From Pirellulales bacterium (GTDB lineage: Bacteria; Planctomycetota; Planctomycetia; Pirellulales; JAICIG01), in assembly GCA_040901675.1 (NCBI GenBank), contig JBBDYJ010000030.1, positions 78,424 through 115,686 on the forward strand: 37,263 nucleotides of DNA, given 5' to 3'. Below are positions 18,108 through 27,001 of this stretch, piece by piece; the stretch's first letter is position 1; every line of letters begins with the position of its first letter. A program made the position numbers and the translations under genes. The notes beneath the pieces are model-generated. The model saw only the letters and a program-made list of their open reading frames with translations. It did not search any database and was not told the DNA's origin.

Positions 18108-20717
18108 CTACACGTCGAAGACTTTGAGGACCTCGTCGCCGTAGTGGTTGATGACCTTGACGGCGATCTTGCCGGACGGGGGCGCGTCGAAGGGGCGGCT
18201 GACAGTGCTGTAGAGACTGCTCCAGGCGGCCTCGTCGATCTCGGCTCGCAAGGCCCGCTTCAGCTTTTCATAGGGCTCGTCGGCACCGGTGAAGTAGGCG
18301 TGCCGGACGAAAAAACTCTCGCCGTTGTAGTCGGTGTCGATAAACCAACAGGCGATGTCGTCGGTCGAAGAATTGCGGATCTGACCGGTCGTGGGATCGT
18401 AGACGTCCAATCCCTTGATCTCGACGACGAGTTGGCCTGACTTCTGCTTCTTGATCTCCACGTCGGGCTCGCCGAATACCATGAACAGGTTGCCCGAACC
18501 GGTCTTCTTGAGCAGCTCGTCACCCATCGCCAGGTCGGGGTTCATCTTGGCTGGCAACACCGTCAGCTTGCCGTAACGCTTGGATTCCTCGCTCACGCTG
18601 GGGTCGAAGGCGAAGCCGCAGACGATCAACAGGTCGAAGCCCACGCCCTGGACCGCCTCCTTGGCGGCCTCCTTGATCAGCATCGCGCCGACCGTGCCGT
18701 GCTCGGGGCCGATCGAGATGGCCGCCCGCTTCTGGGCGCCGTCGGCCTCGGTGTAAGTCGCCTGGCCGTGAATCCACTCGCCCGGATACGGGACGAGCGT
18801 GTCGAACTTGAGCCGTTCGCCCTTGCGGGTATTCTGAACGCCTGCCTTGCGGAGGTTTTCCAGAATCATGTGGCCAAAGTCGTTGGGGCCGATGACCTGC
18901 ATCTTCAAGCCGGCCTTGCCGGCTTCGGAACGGAGCTTTTTTTCCTCCACGCTAAGCGTGCGGTGCGGGCTGAGGCTCTCGACCGAGAAGGGCCCGGAGA
19001 CGCGGACGCGCTTGTTGTCCTCGTACGGCTGGTCGTAAAGCGTCTCGGTATCGGCGTGGCGGGCGACGGCCGCGTCGATTTCCTGGCGCGTCATGCCCTC
19101 GTTGATGTCCGGGTTGTTGGCGATCGATCCAAGAGTAACGTGCGGCACGCGCTTGTAGACGAAGCCCTTCTTGATGTCGCTGTGGGTCGGGTGCTCGGGG
19201 GGCATCTTGCCGGTCAGCTCGGCTTCCTTCTTGATCCCCTCGGGCGAGTCGGCCAGCAGGTAGTACGGATACCTGGCCGCCATCAGCCGCGTGCGGGCCA
19301 GCGCCAGGGCCACGCGGCTGGTGTCGCAGGTGATCCAGCGCCGGCCCCACTGCTCGGCGGCATACGCGGTAACGCCGCTCCCACAGGTTGGGTCCAGCAC
19401 CAAGTCCCCGGGGTCGGTGGTCATCAGGATGCAGCGTTCGACAACCTTTGTGCTAGTTTGGACAACGTACGCTTTATCGGTAGCACCCTGGGTGTCCATC
19501 CACATGTGACTCAGTTCTTGGACCGGATAGTCCTCAAAATACAGCTTGTACCGAAGCGAGTCGCCTGGGAAGAACAGCCGGTTAGCCAAGAGGAGCTTTC
19601 GCATTCCATCGAGATTAGTTTTCCAACTCTTGCCTGCAGACGGAAAAAATGTCTGACCAGCGAACGAGAATTGAAAAACACAGGATTCCGTACGGCCGGA
19701 AGAGCGTAGGTCCATTGATTGGAAGAGTCTGGCTCCCGAATCGACAGGAGGGTCGCCGGACAATTTAGAGCGCGACAGGGCCTCGCCTGACGCCATTTCA
19801 ACATATCCATAGTCGCCATCGTTTGAATCGTTGCGACTCGTGAACAACTTGTTGAATCTCGTATGTCCCGCCTCTTTTCCGTACCATACGAGATAATCGC
19901 ACATCGTGAAAATGTATGTCTCCCCCAGCGGCATTTTCTTCTTCTTGAAGGCGATATTAGCGATGAAGTTCTCACTTCCAAAGACCTCATCTAGCAGACA
20001 TCGCACCATATGCACATTCTCATCGCCAATCTGCACAAAAACGCTGCCGGTCTCAGTGAGCAAATCGCGCGCGACCACCAGCCGATCGCGCAGGTAGGCT
20101 AAGTACGAATGGATGCCAAGCTTCCAGGTATCTCGAAAGGCACGTACCTGCTCCGGCTGACGGGTGGCGTCCTCGACCTTGCCGTCCTTGACGTCGCGCT
20201 TGCGGGTGCTGACCTGCCAGTTGGAGCCGAACTTGATGCCGTAGGGAGGATCCACGTAAATCATCTGCACTTTTCCCTTGAGGCCTTCCTTCTCGGCCAG
20301 GCTGGTCATCACCAGCAGCGAATCGCCCAGGATCATCCGGTTAGACCAGTTCTGTTCATGGTGGTAGAAGTCGATCTTCTGGGCGAAGTCGGTCGGGCCG
20401 CCGTTGAAGTCGGCGAAGAGGTTGAGCTGCTCGCCGCCGGCCTTTTCGATGCGGGGCAGCGCGTCGATAATCGCCTGGGGATGAATCTTGTCCTGGATGT
20501 AGACCGGGACGACAGGAACAGCCAGATCCTCCCGGTCCTGGTCGTCCTTGCCCTGCCAGACCAGTTGCGGGTCGAGCGACGGATCGCGCGGGTAGAGGAC
20601 GGTCTTTGCGGAATGCTCATCTTCCGCGACAAAGTCTCGCAACTCCTCGGTCGGAATGTTCTTCCGCTTGTCCTTGTGTCGGATCGATTCGACTGGAGCG
20701 GATATCTTTCGTGGCAT
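18108..20717 (-). CDS. mod: Type III-like restriction-modification adenine-specific DNA methyltransferase (Mod)
   Basis: NRMILGDSL, IYVDPPYGIKFGSNWQ (DPPY), VLDPTCGSG, C-terminal KIAVKVINHYGDEV; AGGA RBS. Confidence 0.92.
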   Translation of the reverse strand: MPRKISAPVESIRHKDKRKNIPTEELRDFVAEDEHSAKTVLYPRDPSLDPQLVWQGKDDQDREDLAVPVVPVYIQDKIHPQAIIDALPRIEKAGGEQLNLFADFNGGPTDFAQKIDFYHHEQNWSNRMILGDSLLVMTSLAEKEGLKGKVQMIYVDPPYGIKFGSNWQVSTRKRDVKDGKVEDATRQPEQVRAFRDTWKLGIHSYLAYLRDRLVVARDLLTETGSVFVQIGDENVHMVRCLLDEVFGSENFIANIAFKKKKMPLGETYIFTMCDYLVWYGKEAGHTRFNKLFTSRNDSNDGDYGYVEMASGEALSRSKLSGDPPVDSGARLFQSMDLRSSGRTESCVFQFSFAGQTFFPSAGKSWKTNLDGMRKLLLANRLFFPGDSLRYKLYFEDYPVQELSHMWMDTQGATDKAYVVQTSTKVVERCILMTTDPGDLVLDPTCGSGVTAYAAEQWGRRWITCDTSRVALALARTRLMAARYPYYLLADSPEGIKKEAELTGKMPPEHPTHSDIKKGFVYKRVPHVTLGSIANNPDINEGMTRQEIDAAVARHADTETLYDQPYEDNKRVRVSGPFSVESLSPHRTLSVEEKKLRSEAGKAGLKMQVIGPNDFGHMILENLRKAGVQNTRKGERLKFDTLVPYPGEWIHGQATYTEADGAQKRAAISIGPEHGTVGAMLIKEAAKEAVQGVGFDLLIVCGFAFDPSVSEESKRYGKLTVLPAKMNPDLAMGDELLKKTGSGNLFMVFGEPDVEIKKQKSGQLVVEIKGLDVYDPTTGQIRNSSTDDIACWFIDTDYNGESFFVRHAYFTGADEPYEKLKRALRAEIDEAAWSSLYSTVSRPFDAPPSGKIAVKVINHYGDEVLKVFDV

Positions 20718-20729
20718 TGTTCCTATTCC

Positions 20730-21164
20730 TTAGGAGCGGAATTCGGCCATGAGACGAAGCACTCGCTTAAACTCGTCGTCGCCACCGCCTCCGCCGCGAC
20801 GAGTGCCACCCAAGGCACGCGTGACAATATTCTTAAACGTGTCGTAGTTATATCCGAACGATTGTCGACCAAACAGTCCATTGCGAGGTTCCAACCACGC
20901 CCGAAGTGCTTCCTGCACCCGCGGGTTGCCGGGAACATCGAATGGACGAGTCGGGTCTGCAGCTTGTATTATTGTCACAAGATCGGAGTGTGTGCCCAAA
21001 AACTCTTGAGACACGCCGATGGCTTGGGTCACGTGCCCTCGAGTGCTGTCGCTTTGACCGATGCCCTTCTTAAGGATGTCCCAGCAGAGGTGGCAAAATC
21101 GACCGTGTCGTTCAACCTCCTGCAGGCATCGCTTGTAGAACCACTCTTTGCCTTTAAGTGCCAT
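20730..21164 (-). CDS. Hypothetical protein (144 aa) between res and mod
   Basis: ATG at 21164 (MALKGKEWFYKRCLQEV...GGGGGDDEFKRVLRLMAEFRS); lower GC; its stop is 12 nt before mod. Confidence 0.65.
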   Translation of the reverse strand: MALKGKEWFYKRCLQEVERHGRFCHLCWDILKKGIGQSDSTRGHVTQAIGVSQEFLGTHSDLVTIIQAADPTRPFDVPGNPRVQEALRAWLEPRNGLFGRQSFGYNYDTFKNIVTRALGGTRRGGGGGDDEFKRVLRLMAEFRS

Positions 21165-21214
21165 GACAGACCTTGACGTACGTGCCTTTGTGGTATTGCG
21201 TATCAGTGAGAAGC

Positions 21215-21356
21215 GCAGAAGATTGGCAGCGTCCCACGGGTGGGCGACTTCGGCGAGTGCCCAGCGGCCGAAGGCGCCGTGGTTGTTGATGGGCGGCACC
21301 CAGAGGTTGTTGGCAGTGGCGCCCTTGCCGCCCTTGCCTTTCTTCTCGCCCGTCAA
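21215..21356 (-). pseudogene. Second, diverged copy of the Res C-terminus
   Basis: TGEKKGKGGKGATANNLWVPPINNHGAFGRWALAEVAHPWDA versus the Res end TGEKKKDKAAKVATARTLWVPAINNHGAFGRWAFIEVADPWDA. GCCCAGCGGCCGAAGGCGCCGTGGTTGTTGATGG is identical at ~21259 and 21661. Confidence 0.85.
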
Positions 21357-21588
21357 AGGAGGTCAGCCTCAGTTGTACACAGAATGTGGACAACTGAACT
21401 TTGCTCTGTTTTCGCTCTCGCGCCTTCATCATGTTCCAGTAATTCCGCGGGTTATCGCTGTCGGTCAGGGCAGCGACGATGTCCACGACGGAGAAGTACC
21501 ACTGGTCTTGGTGCCAGACGCGTCGAATCTGCTTGGCCCCGAAGACGATCATTTTGCCCTGGGACTCGGCGGGAAGTTCCTCGCTCAT
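21352..21588 (-). pseudogene. BRO-N (phage antirepressor-like) protein fragment
   Basis: ATGA overlap with the res stop; FGAKQIRRVWHQDQWYFSVVDIVAALTDSDNPRNYW is a BRO-N signature. It runs out of frame into the duplicated res tail. Confidence 0.75.
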
Positions 21589-24566
21589 GGTTTTGTCCCA
21601 TGCTGAAGGGTGCCACGGATCGTATTTTTCGCGTCCCAGGGGTCGGCGACTTCGATAAACGCCCAGCGGCCGAAGGCGCCGTGGTTGTTGATGGCCGGTA
21701 CCCAAAGGGTGCGAGCGGTAGCGACCTTGGCGGCCTTGTCCTTCTTCTTCTCGCCGGTGACTTCGACAAGCAGGTTCAAGAGGTCGCCGGGCCCGCGGCC
21801 GTCGTCGATGCAGGCCAGAAAATCGGGGACGTAGTGCTTCTCCTCGCCGCCAAGCGTGTAGGGGATGGTAAAGCCGAGGTTGTGGTTCTTGACGTAGCGG
21901 ACGACCTCGGGCATGTCTTCGAGGGCCTGGGCCAGCTTCTGTTCCCAGGAGTCGGTGTCGGCGACGACGTGGGAGATGTGGCACTTGTCGTCGCGGGTGG
22001 CGAAGACGGGCCGCGTGGTGTCGAAATCGACGTAGCGGGTCGAGCCGATGGTGTCGTAGGGGCGGAGGATGGGCTTGAGCGCGGCGGTGCCGTCGGTCGA
22101 GGCGACGATGGCCTTGTAGATGCGGTCGGCCGCGTCGTGGGCGAGCTCAAGCAACAGCAGCAATTGCGGAAACGTGTTGTCCTTGAGCGTGACGCATTCG
22201 GCCAGCCAGCGTTTGGCGATCTGGAGCAATTGGGGGAAAAGCCAGGGTTTTTGGCTCCCCTCGTCGTCGCGGAAATACTTGTCGAGCGTGAGGCTGGCGA
22301 GCAGGAAGGCGACTTCGTTGGTGCGGCGGCGCTTGAGGTCGTCGAGCGTGTGAATGCTCGACTCGCCCACGATGGGCGCATTCTCGGTGCGGGTGGGAAT
22401 GTCGGCAGTGGAAAGGGTGAGCCTTGATTCGTCGGTGAAGCTGGCCACGAGGCGCTCGCCGGCCAGGTCGTGTCGGTAGCCGATGAGGCGCGGGAAGAGG
22501 ATCTCGCTGGCGAGGCGCCCTTCCAGGGCGCGGACGCGGGTGGGGAGCGGGCCGGGCTTGGGCTCCTTGGTGGCGCCGCTGCAGGGGATGAACGAAAAGG
22601 GGACGCCGTAGACTTCGGCGTATTCGGGATCGAAATGGCCGCCGTCGTTGGCGGCGTAACTCATGCGGCGCAGGGCGCGGCCGACCACCTGCTCGCAGAG
22701 CAGTTGGGTGCCAAAGGCGCGCACGCCGAGGACGTGGGTCACGGTGTTGGCGTCCCAGCCTTCGGTGAGCATGGAGACGCTGACCACGCACTTGACGTGC
22801 TCGCCCAGCTTGCCGGCCTTGCCGACCGTGTTCATCACTTCGCGGAGCAGGTCCTCGTCGGTGAGGCCCTCGGCGTCGCGGCCGGGGAAGCGGGTGCGGT
22901 ATTCGGCCTTGAACTCGTCGATCTCGCGGGCGGCGATCTTCTTGAAGTCGTCGCTCATGGCCTCGCCCGATTCGAGCTGCTGGCTGTCGACGAGGATCGT
23001 GTTCGGGCGGTGCAGCCAGCCGCCGTGCTCGTCGTCGTTGCGGAAGATGGGGAGCTGGCCGGCCTGGACGATGGCCTGGTCGCCGATGGGCTTTTCCCAG
23101 CCGCCGATGAAGTCGAAGACGAGCTTGGAGACGTTGGTGTTGTTGCAGACGACGATGAAGACGGGGGGCGTGATGCCGCGGGCGCGGGCCTGGGCGTTCT
23201 GCTCCCACAGCCGGTAGTACTTCTGGTAGTTGCCGTAGAGGCTGTGCAGGGCGCCTTGCAGCTCGACGGGCAGCTTGGGCTCGCCGTGGGCCGCCTCGGT
23301 TTTTCGGCCCTTGCGGGGGAGGTGCTCGCGGATGCGCAGCCAAAGGTCGCGGTAGGTGGGCTGGTCGCCGGTCATCGAGTCGTCGGCGACCGGGACACGG
23401 GGCACCTTGACGATGCCGGCCTCGATGGCGTCGATCAGCGAGAAGTCGGAGACGACCCAGGGGAAGAGGGTGCCTTCGGGGTAGCCGGAGCCGCGGAGGA
23501 AGAAGGGGGTGGCCGACAGATCGTAGATCGCCTTCACGCCGATCTTGTTCTTGACGGCCTCGATGCCGGAAATCCAGATGCGGGCCTGTAGCTCGCGGTT
23601 TTTGGCCTCGACGCGGTCGTCGCCGGTGAGCGGGTCGTCCTCGCCATCGGGCTTGCGGCGATAGCAGTGATGGGCTTCGTCGTTGAGAACGAGGATGTTT
23701 TTCTTGCCGCTCAGCTCGCGGCAGACGCGGCGGACCATCTGGTCGGGGGTTTCGGTGAACGGGTTTGCGCGGCCATCGGCGAGGATCGCCTTGGTGATCT
23801 TGCCGGCGGCAACCTTCTCGCGGAGTTGGAAGGCGTGGTAGTTGGTGATGACGATCTTGGCCTGGCCGAGCTGGTCGTGGTACTGGGGGGGAACGACGTC
23901 GCGCTGGCGGTAGTAGTTGTCGGGGTCGTTGGGCAGCAGGACGCGCAGCCGGTCGCGGATGGTGATGCCGGGGGTGACGATGAGGAAAGTGTCGGAGAAG
24001 CGGGCATCCTGGGGGTGGGCCCGCTTGTTGAGGGCGTGCCAGGCGATGAGCATGGCCATGACGACCGTCTTGCCGGAGCCGGTGGCCATTTTGAAGGCCG
24101 TGCGGGGGAGGCCTGGGTTCGAGGTACCGTTGGCTTCGCGGAGGGAGTTATCGATCCAGGCATCGCCGTATTTTTTGGCGGCCTCGGCGATGTAGATGGC
24201 GGTTTCGAGGGCCTCAATCTGGCAGAAGAAGAGTTTTTTTTCGCGGTTGGGATCGGTCCAGTAGGCGAGCAGGCGCGCAGTGGTGGGCGTGACGCCGACG
24301 TAGCCGCCCTGGCGCCAGAGGGCGACGCGGCGACGGATGTCGTTGACGAGGGGGTTCTCCTCGACCCGGTCCTGAGTCCACTCGGTGTCGAACTGAAGCT
24401 GCTTGCGGCCTTTTTTCTTGGGCCTGGCGATGGGCACGAAGTAGGAGCTGGTGCGGCGGCCGGCGACGACTTGGTCGGTGATTCCCTGGTCGGTGAAGCG
24501 GAAATGGCGGTTGGGCTCGTCGAACGGCGAGTTGAGGATCGGGTTTTCGATGACGACCTGTCTCAT
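21585..24566 (-). CDS. res: Type III-like restriction endonuclease/helicase subunit (Res, BPTD_3080-like family)
   Basis: IENPILNSPF start, MATGSGKT (Walker A), NDEAHHCY, MLTEGWD, EQVVGRALRR, and a C-terminal nuclease YVPDF...EVTG. Confidence 0.92.
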   Translation of the reverse strand: MRQVVIENPILNSPFDEPNRHFRFTDQGITDQVVAGRRTSSYFVPIARPKKKGRKQLQFDTEWTQDRVEENPLVNDIRRRVALWRQGGYVGVTPTTARLLAYWTDPNREKKLFFCQIEALETAIYIAEAAKKYGDAWIDNSLREANGTSNPGLPRTAFKMATGSGKTVVMAMLIAWHALNKRAHPQDARFSDTFLIVTPGITIRDRLRVLLPNDPDNYYRQRDVVPPQYHDQLGQAKIVITNYHAFQLREKVAAGKITKAILADGRANPFTETPDQMVRRVCRELSGKKNILVLNDEAHHCYRRKPDGEDDPLTGDDRVEAKNRELQARIWISGIEAVKNKIGVKAIYDLSATPFFLRGSGYPEGTLFPWVVSDFSLIDAIEAGIVKVPRVPVADDSMTGDQPTYRDLWLRIREHLPRKGRKTEAAHGEPKLPVELQGALHSLYGNYQKYYRLWEQNAQARARGITPPVFIVVCNNTNVSKLVFDFIGGWEKPIGDQAIVQAGQLPIFRNDDEHGGWLHRPNTILVDSQQLESGEAMSDDFKKIAAREIDEFKAEYRTRFPGRDAEGLTDEDLLREVMNTVGKAGKLGEHVKCVVSVSMLTEGWDANTVTHVLGVRAFGTQLLCEQVVGRALRRMSYAANDGGHFDPEYAEVYGVPFSFIPCSGATKEPKPGPLPTRVRALEGRLASEILFPRLIGYRHDLAGERLVASFTDESRLTLSTADIPTRTENAPIVGESSIHTLDDLKRRRTNEVAFLLASLTLDKYFRDDEGSQKPWLFPQLLQIAKRWLAECVTLKDNTFPQLLLLLELAHDAADRIYKAIVASTDGTAALKPILRPYDTIGSTRYVDFDTTRPVFATRDDKCHISHVVADTDSWEQKLAQALEDMPEVVRYVKNHNLGFTIPYTLGGEEKHYVPDFLACIDDGRGPGDLLNLLVEVTGEKKKDKAAKVATARTLWVPAINNHGAFGRWAFIEVADPWDAKNTIRGTLQHGTKP

Positions 24567-24786
24567 CGTGCCGCGGTCCTTGTCAACTCGCACCGTCTGC
24601 AGGGATTTCCCCGGTCATGGGTGAAGGGCGCCGTTTCTCGCCCCGTAAGGAATAAGATACCGCTTTTGGCCGCCCTTCGACAGTCAGGGGGCGCGTGGTG
24701 GTGCCATTTGAAAAAGCTTTGTTCCGGCAAGCTGAGCGTGGTAGGCTGGCCGCCAGCAAACCAGATTCCGCATTGGAGCAGGCAGC

Positions 24787-25038
24787 ATGGCTAAGAAAAG
24801 GACGCTAACAGCCGGGGCAAAGGCAGCCAGAACTCGAAAGCGTAGGGCGACGGCCGCCAAGGGCGTGCGGACGCGAAAGGCCAAACGGCGAGCGAGGAAG
24901 GCTGTTCAAACGCGCGCCTGGAATCGTGTGCGCAAGGCGGCACAGGCCGGGCTGGATGCTCTGGCAGCCGGGGAGCCAGGAGCCGCCCGTCAGCAGCTTG
25001 AAGTCATCGCGCGCATTGCTCAGCGATCCGAGGACTGA
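24787..25038 (+). CDS. Small, very basic hypothetical protein
   Basis: GGAG/AGG upstream; the Lys/Arg/Ala-rich N-terminal half has KAxxTRKxR-type repeats. Confidence 0.55.
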   Translation: MAKKRTLTAGAKAARTRKRRATAAKGVRTRKAKRRARKAVQTRAWNRVRKAAQAGLDALAAGEPGAARQQLEVIARIAQRSED

Positions 25039-25048
25039 ACGTGCACGT

Positions 25049-25357
25049 ATGGAGAACAAGACGATGAGATTTACCTGGAAAAGTGAGACCCTTGTCTGGA
25101 CGGCGTGTTTCGGTGTTGTCGCTACCTCTGTCGGTACTCCGAGCGTGGGATGGTACCGAGCAGAGCGTGAGCTTGAGACTGTGAGAGAGGCGCTCAGGGT
25201 AGAAAAGTTGCGGTACGAGGAGTTGGACAGGAGACATGATCAGGTCCTGGCGGCAGCTTTGGAGGTCTCTGACTTCTCCAACAAGCAGAGGAAGCAGACT
25301 TCTGCGTTGTTGGACTACATTGAAGGGATGGAGCAGATGCAGCGGTCACGTAGGTAA
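25049..25357 (+). CDS. Hypothetical protein with a hydrophobic segment and coiled coil
   Basis: ATG at 25049 (or 25064, with GGAG upstream), just after the basic protein; heptad-rich C-terminus. Confidence 0.45.
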   Translation: MENKTMRFTWKSETLVWTACFGVVATSVGTPSVGWYRAERELETVREALRVEKLRYEELDRRHDQVLAAALEVSDFSNKQRKQTSALLDYIEGMEQMQRSRR

Positions 25358-25487
25358 CTAACCGGTACTGGTGGAGGAAGCGCGACAGGACGGAGGAGGC
25401 GCTGACGGAGGTGTGGGGGCAGTTTGTGCTGCTGTAGCCGCGAGAACTGCATGGGCTTCCTTGAGGTCGGCGCACGAGGGCGAGTTC

Positions 25488-25833
25488 TTATCTTCTGGTC
25501 GTCATCGACCTTTTCGAAAAGGCTTCGGTTAATGTGGGCGTGGAAAAGCAAGGCGGCGTATTAGAGTAGTAGTGGAAGCCTTTTGGTCCGCAGCTAATCG
25601 TGCCATCGCGCCCATTGATTCCAACGTACCACGGCTTGCCGTTGGATGCGATCGCGATGAAGTCATATCCATCGTTGGGCGAGTCGTACGAGCACTCGCA
25701 GCGCTTGTAGTCCAGAGCGCGTCCCCGCTCGTAATATTGGTGGCCCGGCGAAGCCGTCTTGCCCCTTTTGCCTGGGCGACCGTTCTTCGACCCAGTTCGC
25801 ATCAATTCCGCAATGGCAGCTTCAATTGTCATT
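25488..25833 (-). CDS. Hypothetical protein
   Basis: AAGGTGG RBS before the ATG at 25833 (MTIEAAIAELM...); lower GC; no recognisable motif. Confidence 0.45.
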
Positions 25834-26276
25834 AGAACACCACCTTTCTTGGATCGCACCAATCTTCAAGCTACCGCATGGCCTGGTGAGCAGCAAGGGC
25901 ACCAAGAAAGAGGCGCAATAGGCACGCCACTCGGGACGCATTCATTTCTGCAAGGGGCGAGATCCGCCGGCCAGAGTTCCTCCTACGGCGGCCCTTCGGC
26001 AAACCTCGGGCGAAGTTCTGGAAGAGGGGAAACGGGTAGGAAGCCAACGGGGGTGGGAGAGGAGGCGATGAGGGGTGGGGGAGGAAACACGACAAGGTGA
26101 CAAGGCGACCGGGCGACAAGGGGAGACCGAAGGCAGAAGGACGAAAAACGAAGGACAAACGGGCTACATCACGTCCCGGCGCGCCGGGATGATGGCTACT
26201 TCACCGACGGCGGCGGAGCCGGGCAGGAGAGGACCGATGCTGAGACATCGGTCTACGAGGTTTTTTGGGGCCGTTA

Positions 26277-26710
26277 CCAGGGCTTACGCACCTGGGCTAT
26301 TCACTGCCGCCCGACTTCGTGGGCTACGAGGCGGAGGAGGGCGAGGGTAGTCTACGGGTGTGTCCGGCGTCGCCTTTGTCCGCCTTTGTCCGCCTTTGTC
26401 CGCCTTTCTCCGCCTTTCTCCTCAAGGCTTCTGGCCGGGGTGTTTGAGCCACCACCGAGCCGCTACAGACCTGCCACCCGAATCCACCAGGCCTACCTTC
26501 TTCAGAAGTTGCAGGTCCTCTCGAAGAGTTCGAGAAGCCGGAGCCACTCGCGGCCCAGTCGGAGCTCGGGAAACAACCACTCGCGGAGCGAGTGGACCAC
26601 ATCACGCCTCTCGCTGGCGCGTCGGGTTAGTGTTGCGGACCGTTCCCAGGGCTTACGCACCTGGGCTATTCACTGCCGCCCGACTTCGTGGACTACGAGG
26701 CGGAGGAGGG
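26277..26710. repeat. 64-bp REP-like direct repeat CCAGGGCTTACGCACCTGGGCTATTCACTGCCGCCCGACTTCGTGG(G/A)CTACGAGGCGGAGGAGGG, with (CCTTTGTCCG)n decamers between the copies
   Basis: Copies at ~26277-26341 and ~26646-26710. Related units occur at 29914-29963 and 29988-30039. Confidence 0.85.
26422..26545 (-). pseudogene. Winged-HTH C-terminal gene fragment
   Basis: The minus strand reads SRTLREDLQLLKKVGLVDSGGRSVAARWWLKHPGQKP to a stop; no start codon. Confidence 0.45.
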
Positions 26711-26761
26711 GAGAACGAGGAAGCGAGGGGGCGAGGTCCCGGAGAAGCGATTAGCCGCGCT

Positions 26762-26983
26762 GCGTGCGCCCTGCCGGGCGGAAATGAATATAGGGTGGGG
26801 CAATCACCCAGGGACTGGAAGTCCCTTGCAACCAACGTGCGCCCGTCCGGGCGAGCAAGCCAACCGCGCCGCAGGTCCGCCTTCGGCGGAAAAGTCCGAC
26901 GCAGGCGGAACCAATGACAAATGACAAATGACCAATGACCTCTGCGCGAGGGAGACGGCCAGAACTCTGGCGAGTCCTGCTAC
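26762..26983. repeat. REP-like block, inverted copies of 2943-3036 and 8822-8890
   Basis: Direct comparison with the reverse complements. Confidence 0.85.
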
Positions 26984-27001
26984 GGACTGAATGCGGATCA
27001 C

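Noticed and set aside
21154..21984. 276-aa ORF and 208-aa ORF (20730..21356) as genuine proteins
   Set aside because: Both are chimeric readings across the res, BRO, duplicated res tail and orphan junctions.
25362..25437. Short reading RYWWRKRDRTEEALTEVWGQFVLL that looks like a gene tail
   Set aside because: Too short to assign without a search.
24700..25900. Possible integron cassette array (short orphan ORFs)
   Set aside because: No convincing RYYYAAC...GTTRRRY attC sites, the ORFs are on both strands, and there is no integrase.
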